Shown here: positions 27,720-64,000 of the stretch, in pieces
How the letters are laid out: each line of letters starts with the position of its first letter
How positions within the stretch are numbered: position 1 is the stretch's first letter
Source: the human T2T-CHM13v2.0 reference genome, Homo sapiens
DNA: 64,000 nucleotides
Strand: one strand, 5' to 3'
NCBI RefSeq assembly: GCF_009914755.1
Contig: NC_060943.1
Made by a program: the position numbers and the translations under genes
Notes under the pieces: model-generated
Told to the model about the DNA's origin: nothing
The model's input: only the letters and a program-made list of their open reading frames with translations
The model's database searches: none

Positions 27720-28860
27720 GAATGAACCCTCTGGTACTAGACTAGTGTCAGAGTATCAGTATGAACTCATGCTTATTTTTACACACCATTCTCCAATGAA
27801 AAGAACCAGTGACTCTAGAGGAAGAGCTAATTCTAGGGCTGGTGCAGGGAGAATACATGAGCCTGGAATATCTTGCAGTGCCAGAAAGTAAGAAGGTGTT
27901 GGAGAAAAAAAAAGAGTAAAGAACACAGGAGCCAACCTGAAAGATAAACGCTGATGGCCAAGGCTAAAACAACTTGAGCAAAAAAAAATTGATTACAATA
28001 ATGTTGGGGTATGCCCAACTAATAAATATTCATGAGTCCACACGGAAATAAACTAATGATTGTATAAATAAAATAAGTGAAGTATGATAGAAGGGACAAA
28101 TCTTCCATATGGAATTCTAAATAGTAAATGTAAAGAAATGAGGGAAACAGAAAGTCATCATTATAATACCACGGTAATAACTGCTACAGACCGGGTCCAC
28201 TGATGAATGCTAAAATGTGTGGGTAAACTTGAAGGAGAAATGGGATATTTGTGCAGCCTCCAAGTATCTCCCTATTTCCCTCCAGGAATCAGGCTTAGCT
28301 CTCCTCTGAGTGTGGGCTGGATTTAGTGACTTGCTTCTAACAAATGAGTAAAGGGAAAATAGTGGTATTATCGTTGGGAAATCTGCAGACACCACTTTCA
28401 TGAAGTGATCAGGTTAACCTCACCTCAGTGAGCATTCTTCCCAAAGCCTAAAATCCCAGTCTAACCACGAGCAAAATGTCAGACAACCTCAGACTGAGGG
28501 CCATTCTACAAAAACATCTCACCAGTACTCCTCAGAACTGTCAAGGTCATGAAAAACAAGGAAGGACTGAGAAATTGTCACAGATTGGAGGAGGCCAACG
28601 AGAAATGACCAACAAATGAAACATGGTATCCTGGATTGGATCCTGGAACAGAAAAAGGACATTAATGGAAAAACAGGAGAAATAGGATTCAAGTCTGGAG
28701 TTTAACAGAATATTAATCCATGTTAATTTCTCAGTTTTGACAAATATACAATAATTATGTAAGATGCTAACACTAGGTGGAAGTTGGGTGTAGGTATAGG
28801 GAAGTCCCTGTATCATCTTTGCAACTTGTCTGTAAATCTAAAATTATTAAATTTTAAAAC
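27720..28860 (+). mobile_element. L1MC 3' fragment
   Basis: tgtgggctggatttagtgacttgcttctaa; ggattggatcctggaacagaaaaaggacatt. Confidence 0.65.
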
Positions 28861-29859
28861 GTTCACAAAACTTTAAGTCTCCTCTGCAATATGGCTCGAG
28901 GTGGTCCCCCGCGGAGTTCCAAAGCACGCTTTGTTTGACTCATCCTTCAGATCTCATCTTACATGCTCCCCACGCCAGGAAGTCCCACCTGACACCACAG
29001 ACTGGGTCAGGAGCTGCCTCTGGCTCCCACAGTCCCCCTGTGGCTCCCCTATCCTGGCCCCAACCCCTCTGCCTCCCCATCCCAGCCCTGGTCACTGTCT
29101 GCCGTTGGGGTTGTCTTCCCCACTGGACTGTGAGCTTTGCGAGGGCAAGGTGGAGGCTGTCTCAGCCATTGCTGTGTCTCAGCCATTGCTGTGTCTCTCT
29201 TGAGTTGAGAGTAATGCGTGTCTCCCTGACTCCTCTGGGAATACCCATGAACAGGCAGAAGCTGCGCCTGAATCCTCCCAACTGACCCTTAACGCTTCAC
29301 AGCCCAAGGCCTGCCAGATCCACCTTCCTGGTATCCCCTTTCCTGTTTGCTCAATCCAGGACACATCTGAGGCAATATAAATGGTCTGTCTCACCCATCA
29401 GCCAAAAGAGGGTCAAATCATCTCCAACCCCTGCCACACCTGCCCACCCACATGTCCGCCCTGTACACCAAGTGTCAGAAACACATGGTGACTGTGAATG
29501 TTTGGGGGGCCTGCCCAGTCCACAGCCCTTCTGAGCAGACAGTCATCACTATAGGAACCCTCCAGCTCCAGTGAGTTGAGCAGGGTTGGATACCCGACCC
29601 TGGAAATCCCATTCCTATCTGGGAAATTCGGAATGAAGACTGAGGGGCTGCGGGTAACTGAGCTGGAAGATCACATAGAGTGGGGGCAAGAGTCCACCCA
29701 GGACCAACCCAGCTGCCTGAGAACAGGAAGCAGCCAATGCAAAGAGAAGCAGAGACCACAGGGCCCAGTGGAAAGGAGGAATGTCACACCACTGTCTCAC
29801 TTCTGCTTCTAATCTGTTCTCATGAAGCCCTTGTCAGGTTCTTTCCATCACTACCCACA

Positions 29860-30945
29860 ACCAATCACAGTGAGTTCTGCCTTCAAAATGCACCCAGACT
29901 CCAATGACTACTCATTCTGCCCCTGCCCTGGTACAGGCCACTGTCATCTCACCTAGATTATTGCAGCAACCTCCTCACGGGCCTCCCTGCTCTCATTCTC
30001 AGCCCACACTTCCATCTATACACCCTCCCTTAGTGATCCCATCCTGGGCTTTAATACCATAAATATGCCAACTACTCCCAGCCCAGATCTCACCCTTCAA
30101 TGCCAGTCTTGTATAAGCTCCTGTTTGGCCAGTGGGTCCAGTCAGAGGCTAAACACGCCCACACTCTCTCTCAGTCTTGTCCATACAGTTAATGGCACTC
30201 CCTCCTTCCTCTGTGCAGACTAAACGCCATAGTGTGGTCCTTGACTCTTCTTTCTTACCCTACATACCTGATTCTCCCTTCAAATTATATGCAAAATCTG
30301 ACCACATCTCCCCACCGCCCCGTTAGCACCCTGGCCAAGCCACTATCATCTCAGCTGGACTGCACAGTGGCCTTCTCACTGGCATCCTGCTTCCACCCTA
30401 GTAGCCACATGGGAGCCAGAGGAACCCTCTTACCGTGGTAGATCACATCGCCTCAGCTCACCATGCTCTCCCTGCCACACATCTCATCAGCTTCAAATTC
30501 AAGTCCTTCCCATGGCCTCCCGGTCCCACCTGACCTTGCCTTGGTCTCCTTCCCTCCCACTGTGTCCAGTCAGGTCCAGTTCACTCCTTTCTGCTCCTCC
30601 AGCACACCAAGCATGCCTCGGGGCCTTTGAATTTGCTGGTTTTTTCTACCTGGAATGTCCTTCTTCCCAGAATATACATACAGCCAGCTGGTGTCCTCCC
30701 TTTCTGTGAGGTCCATTAACGTTTTTCTCAAAGAGGTCTTCTTTAACCCCTCTATCTAAAATAGCACCTCTTCCCACTCTCTAGTCCTCCAACCCTCAAC
30801 TTCTACAGCTCTGTTCACTAATATTAGCATTCATCTTGCCCACTGGAATGCAGGCTCCAGGAGGACAGGGCTTTCGGGGGTCTTGTTTGCTACTATTAAT
30901 AATACCAGCACCTAAAAATGCTTGGCATGTAGTAAATAGCCAGAT
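29860..30945 (+). mobile_element. L2 fragments
   Basis: catctcacctagattattgcagcaacctcct; ctggaatgtccttc. Confidence 0.6.
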
Positions 30946-31206
30946 CTGATGACTCAACAAATAAGAAAACCCTGGAATCAGTTAGGATATTGTTGATTCT
31001 AAGTAATAGAAAACTCAATTCAACAATATAGTTGGCTTAAACGATAGAGATATGTTGAATTCCCTAATGAGAAAGTCTAGAGGTAACTCACTCCAAGTGA
31101 GGCCTGATCCAGCACTTCAACAACATCACCAAAGACTCGATGTCTTTCCATCTCTCTACTAGTCCTTCCAAGAAAATGGCTAAAATCACATCACTAAGAA
31201 GTGGGT

Positions 31207-34413
<3,207 letters not shown>

Positions 34414-34503
34414 GTGACATATACATTTCCATGCCTCTCCCAAATTCCTCACAAGACCTACGTGATCTGGCCCTGCTGATGTCTCCTTGGTAAGTTAATG
34501 GTA

Positions 34504-34508
<5 letters not shown>

Positions 34509-34541
<33 letters not shown>
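34509..34541. repeat. (CA)n microsatellite
   Basis: Run of ~16 CA units. Confidence 0.95.
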
Positions 34542-34542
<1 letters not shown>

Positions 34543-35179
34543 CCTGGGCCCTCCCCTTCCTAGGTATTGATAATGGTCAAGTTACCTAAACTTTTCTGTC
34601 CTAGGTATCATTTACAAATGGGAGATCACATCAGCACCTGCCTCCTAGGATTGTTCATTCAAGACATTAGCCACTGAGCATCTGCTCTACGCGCTGGAGA
34701 TATCCCTTCTCCACTCCTCTCCGCCTCCCCCTCCCACACAGCCTGTCAACCTTCTGGACGTCTCTCCCATCCCCTCTTGCCCTCCCTACGGTGGCCCCTG
34801 CCCTGATCCATTCCCAACACCTCTTGCCTAGGAATCTGTCACATCTGCCACCCTGGGTTTCCTGACCCCAGTCACTTTCCCGTTAATCTATTCTCATGTC
34901 ACAGCAAACTGGGCCGTACCCCTTCCCTACTAAAAATCCTCCCATGGCTCTTCATTGCTCTCAGGACAAAATCCAAGGTCCCTAAATGATCAAGAAAATC
35001 TTCCACATCTCATTCATACAGAATTTTCAGTATGATCACCAACACCAGATCGCCTGCAGTCCATGTTCACACAACAGGCTGTTTCTCTCTGCCTTTGCGC
35101 AAACCATTCCACCACACCGCCCCCGACCCCCAAAACATCCTTCCGTCTTCAGGTCTCAGCTCAGACAGCTCCTAGTCTT

Positions 35180-35990
35180 CCGGGATGATCTTCCTACCAA
35201 GGTCTCCTCGGGTTCCCACCGCGTTCCATGCCGCCTCCATTAGTGAACATACATAGGTCCGCAACGGGGTCTTGCCTGTCTCTCCCACTGAGCGGGGCTT
35301 CCCGCAAGCCGGGCCAGGCACAGCGGCCAGTGATGTCCGCGTGCTGGGGCCTCTTCAGGCCTCGGCGTCTACTGCCCGCTCTGGAACTGTGAGCGACAAC
35401 CGGCACTCTCTCCCGGGACGGCGCCGCACCCACCTTCTGCACACCTCGGAGACCTCAACACCTGCGCCAAAGCCACCCAGTCACAGCCTTCTCTCCCTCT
35501 CCTAAACACCATGAACATCCAGGCCCCGGGACCTCAGACTGCTCATTGGCTGCCTGAAAACCCGCCCCCAAGCCTGAGAGAAAAGAACTCTGGTTGCTGT
35601 AGTTCCCCAACGAACACCGCAGAAAGCGATTGCTAAGTAGAACTTCATTTCCCACAAAGCGCCGAGCCCCAGTGGTGGCAGACAGTACCCTTTGAACTGG
35701 GCTCTTGATTGGCCGGTTGGGAGACGTACATTTCCAAATTACCGTGGAAACAGGACCACTTACCTGGAACCCCGGGAAAATCTTTTTGTCTCAGAATCTC
35801 AAAACTCTTTGTTTCGCGATGATTCCAAAGAGCTGGACAGTACACGTGGGGACAGAGTCTGTACCTATTGTCTGCCTGTTCCCCAGATGGCACCAACAAA
35901 GCCTCCTAAGTGTACTCAGCTGCTACTGGACGCCTGCTTGGCATGAGGAGCCACTCTTGTGCTAAGTCTGCGGACGCCCCGGCTTATTAG
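35180..35990. promoter_or_regulatory. Orphan CpG-rich promoter-like element downstream of DYRK1B
   Basis: CpG cluster with AACTTCATTTCCCACAAAGCGCCG (ZNF143/THAP11-type, 35641-35664), two CCAAT boxes, GC box, X-box-like motif. Confidence 0.6.
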
Positions 35991-36284
35991 GGCACCTGTT
36001 TCCCAGAGACAGGCCAGAGCTGAACCTTTACCCTTTCAGGGTCTATTTACCCAGGAAAAGGCAAATGTAGGCCAGGATCCTGTCCACGATCTATCTAGAA
36101 TGCTGATGCCCCAGACCTGCAGCCTCATGCCTGCAACACGCGCCACAGCTTCCCCACGAGACGTCTCCACACCAGAGCTCCTCCAGCACCCCCTCCGCAA
36201 ACCCCCTTCCCCACCATGCCTCTGAGGGTCGGGTGAGGGGAGCCGAGGCCCTGCAAACGCTCAGGCAGGCATGTGAGAAAGCTC

Positions 36285-36290
36285 TTTACT
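36285..36290 (-). terminator. DYRK1B: DYRK1B poly(A) signal variant AGTAAA
   Basis: tttact on + strand ~350 nt past the stop; no minus-strand AATAAA seen between it and the stop. Confidence 0.65.
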
Positions 36291-36636
36291 GGGGGTACAG
36301 CGAGGAGGAGCAAGGCCATCTCCCCCTACCTGCCCCCACCCCCTCCTAGGGTCCTGGGGTGAGGGGGGGTCTTCCCTCCACCGGACCACCACTGTCTTTG
36401 GTACAATAAATAGAAAAAAAGGGGGAGAGGGGCCCAAGGGTCCAGTCCTTAGTGGGGAGGGAGCGGCCAAAACCCTCTCCTTGACCCCCCTGCCCCAGGC
36501 CCCAATCAGTGCAGGCCTCACCCACCCCAGCTGGGTAGCAGCAATTCCAGTCAAGGAGAGAGATGAGGATGGGAGCCCAGGGCCCCCAGATGGGGGAGGG
36601 TATGGCTTCAGGAGGGGCCCCAGGGAGGGGGCAGGG

Positions 36637-42789
<6,153 letters not shown>

Positions 42790-44188
42790 GGTGGGCTCAG
42801 AGGGCCGCAGGGGAGCGAGGCCTGGAGCGGGAGCCCGGCCGGGGGGCGCCTTCTTGCATCCTGCACCTCGGCTGCCACCGCCGCTGAGACCTGAGAGCAG
42901 ACAGGAAGTGGGAAAACAACATGGAACAAGGGGATATGTGAATAGTGCCAGGCGGGGAAGAGTGGACATGAGAAAGACAGGGCACAGAGAGAAGAGGAAA
43001 AGGGCACAACGGAGCAGCAGATAGCAATGAGAGAAGGGGCAGAGAAGTGGTAGCCAGGTGGGGGGGGGATGGCACAGCAGTCCCTCGACAAATAATGATC
43101 AAGTAAATGATTAAGGCAGCACAAAGAGAACACATAAAAGACAATGATTGGGGGCCAAGCAGGGGTCGATATGAGCCATCACAGGGAAAGGAGGACAGGA
43201 AGACACCAATAATTCAGAGGAGGAAAAGAAAAAAGAAACCACAGACAGTATGCAGAGGAGTAGGCTTCATTCTTTTCTCACTACTCGTGGCCCTCCCCAG
43301 GGCCCCTAACACAAGATGCCACTTTCTGTAGTCTTCCCTGAACATCAGGATCTCAGCCCGTAGCACAGCCAGGGCCAATACTTTAAGATCTATCCTTCTC
43401 AGTAGATTCCCTCAACCCAGAGAACTCTAGGATTCCCAAACCACATGAGTCTTCCCCTCCCAAACCACAGCAGAGTCCTCTGCAGCCCTAAAACCACATC
43501 AGCGTCCTTGGGGACCTCCCAACCACACCAAAGTTATCTGAGAACCTCTATAGAACAGAGTCCTATCTCTACAGCATTCTCATCCACCAGGGCACGATTT
43601 TCCTAGGGGACCCTCTCCATATCATGCCAAGACCGCTTCCCTATTTCAGGTCCTCCATATTAGGAACCAGCCTTCCAGGTAGTCTCCCTGTACCATATCC
43701 CAATTCCCCCTACCACAACAGGGTTCTTCCCCATATTACTCCAATATCCCATCCCAATCAAGGCCCACTCCTCCTGATGGGAGAAGGAGGAGGTGTCTCT
43801 TCCCACAGTTTAGAGTGATCATCCTTTTCTCCCCTACACTGCTTCCTTGCCCCCCTACACACACACACACACCCTAATATTCCTACCACAGACCTTTCTC
43901 CAGGCACCCCTCTTTATACCAGGGTCATTCCACAACTGTGTCCACTCCTAGAGGGCCTCAAAGTCAAATCCCCAAGTTATCACATAGGGTTCTCTCCTCC
44001 CAGAGTTGTCAGCTACAGCAAAAATCTTCTCCCCATGGGCCACTCTCTCCCCCATGTCAAATCCCTTTCTCCTATTCCATGCCTTGCCACTCCACGACTC
44101 CTCCACCCTTGGAGCTTCCCCCAAAAAACCACCTCTTCTCCGGGGCCCTCCCACACCAGGATCATCTCTCCCAGCCCCCACCCCCTAC

Positions 44189-44267
44189 CCGGGTCAGGGC
44201 TGGCGCGGGGCCCACGGGGGGCTGGGGCGCGGTGGGGCCCCCAGTGGGGTGGGCGAGCGGCCAGCAT
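44189..44267 (-). CDS. DYRK1B: DYRK1B alternative first exon 1B coding part (p75-type 60-aa N-terminal extension)
   Basis: gccgccATG, MLAARPPHWGPHRAPAPRGPRASPDP, donor G|gtaggg; 79 nt + 101 nt of exon 2 = 180 nt in frame with the exon-2 ATG. Confidence 0.85.
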
Positions 44268-44944
44268 GGCGGCGGTGGCGGCGCTGAAAAGGCGACCGCC
44301 TGTCTCTGGCCCGGCCGGCCCCGCGGCGGGGAGGGCAAGCGGGACAGGAGGCCCGGTGGGTGACAACAGCAGCCGCCACTGCCACCGGGGGCGGGGAGAG
44401 GAGGGGACAAGGGTCAGCCCAGGGCACGCGGGGGAAGAGTAGAGCAGGTGGACGGGGGAGGGGCGACACGCCCCACCCTGAGTGACCACCAGCCCCTAGG
44501 GACCCGGCGTCCCGCCCCCCACCCAGGAGGCCCTCCTGGGCCTGCTGAGACCGGAAGGCGGGGCCCGACTGAGCTTGGCAATCGGCACCTGCCATGGCAA
44601 CAACTGTACCATTGGTCGCTGGTGCCAAGAGCTCAGCCAATCACAGCCTAGGGCAGCTGTTGCTAGGCGACGAAGAAGCGGCCCGCGGAGCTGAGCCCAA
44701 ACAAAGGGCGGGAGTGGGGCCCGGCTACCCCCTCCCAGCCTCCCTCCTGCAACTGCTCCCTCGGGCTTGGCCGGTTCCAGGAATTCAACTATGAATAGCC
44801 AGGCAGGGCCCGCACCTGCCTGCCACCCCCCTCCTCTCCTCCCTTGGCCTCGTGCTAAGTCTCACGGCTACGGGAGCAGGGCGGATCCCGTCCTGCCCAC
44901 CTCCCTGCGACCGCTTGCCGCCCCACCCGTCCCCGCGCCGTTAC

Positions 44945-45080
44945 CTGAAGGAGCGGGCAAGGGGACTCAAACTGCTCGGGGAGCCCGAGCTCAGACCTGC
45001 CCACTGGCTGAGGGTATCCGGCGGACGCGGCAAGCCAGGGCCCCGATTACCCAGTAATGCAACCAGCAAAATGGCGACCA
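44945..45080 (-). other. DYRK1B: DYRK1B non-coding first exon 1A (TSS approximate)
   Basis: CAG|gtaac donor at 44945 inside CpG island; YY1-type CGCCATTTT near 45068-45076; no ATG in exon. Confidence 0.7.
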
Positions 45081-45392
45081 CAACAAACCGGCCCCCCCAC
45101 GCCCTGGACTCCGCCCCCATCCCTCCCTCTCCGCTCCCCTCACGTGACCCACACTGACACTCCGCCTGCGCGAGATGGCCGCTTACCTGCACGCATGCGC
45201 AGCGAGCTACCAATCCCACCCAAGAACCGAAATCCAGGCTGCCGCTGCGCAAAGGCAGCTAGAAACGGAGCATGCGCTCTGTGACCGAGTGAGAATTCAC
45301 CCAACCCCGCAAAATTGACCAAGGGTGCGTGCTCCCTGTGTCAGCAGGTCAAGGGGAGGAATGAGCAGCAGACATGGGAGACGGATGAGTCT

Positions 45393-45398
45393 TTTAAT
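45393..45398 (-). terminator. FBL: FBL poly(A) signal ATTAAA
   Basis: tttaat on + strand ~60 nt past the stop. Confidence 0.8.
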
Positions 45399-45459
45399 AG
45401 AAAAACACACGTGCAACAGTATCAACACACATCTCTCGCAATCCTGACAGCGCTGAACT

Positions 45460-57222
<11,763 letters not shown>

Positions 57223-57659
57223 GGCGAGCCCTGGTTTGTGCGGCTCCGGAGTCCGCGGCGTTCACAACTCCACGAGTCCGGGGCTTTCGCACGTGGAAAA
57301 GAGCGCAGGCGCGCGGCGACGTGCGCTGCGTGACGCCACCCCGTAGTCCCGCCCCCGGGCCTCTTCCCCGCCCGGAGCTCGGCGCACGCGCAGTGAGCCT
57401 GGATTCTCGAGCCTGTCGACACGCAACCCGCTGCCCTCGCTCTCTGCCTTCCCAGCCTTTGCCTGTGCAGCGGTCGCCCTAAACTCGCTTCCGGTTTCCT
57501 CTTCCCCAATGCGAGCACCCCAATAATCAGGGCTCATAGCCTTCGCACGGGCTGTGCCCTCTTTTGTATTCCTAGCTAAATCCCTCTGGCCCCTGTACAC
57601 CCAAAAAGGCTTCCCCAATACATTTCCAGCCCCAAGAACAGTGACCGACTCTGGGCTTC

Positions 57660-64000
<6,341 letters not shown>

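Larger units (their letters stand above)
44150..45300 (-). promoter_or_regulatory. DYRK1B CpG-island promoter(s)
   Basis: High CpG density; GC boxes, CCAAT (44637), RFX X-boxes (44589-44601, 44659-44671), E-box CACGTG (45141), NRF1-like GCATGCGC (45193, 45270). Confidence 0.85.

Overview
Primate (almost certainly human, chr19q13.2) genomic DNA. The left ~35 kb is repeat-dominated intergenic sequence: about 26 Alus, old L1M/L1P fragments, L2, MaLR LTRs, MER1A/MER3/MER5 hAT elements and a 5' U2 snRNA pseudogene fragment. The right half holds two complete minus-strand genes packed head-to-tail. FBL (fibrillarin) has 9 coding exons summing to 966 nt (321 aa), with a 5'TOP start near 57303. DYRK1B starts only ~300 bp past the FBL poly(A) signal; its 10 coding exons sum to 1890 nt (629 aa), it has an alternative first exon adding 60 aa, and MIR6719 lies in intron 5. 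All exon boundaries were read from GT/AG sites and checked by frame. No prokaryote-type or wholly new system is evident. The best second-look candidates are regulatory: a 118-nt frameshifting 'poison' cassette exon in FBL intron 1; an orphan ZNF143/NF-Y/RFX CpG promoter with a perfect splice donor just past the DYRK1B 3' end; a 20-aa uORF ending 7 nt before the DYRK1B ATG; two consecutive stop-free in-frame introns in the DYRK1B kinase domain; FBL-to-DYRK1B read-through potential; and an interleaved A-B-A-B duplication in FBL intron 1. Repeat boundaries and subfamily calls are by eye and approximate.
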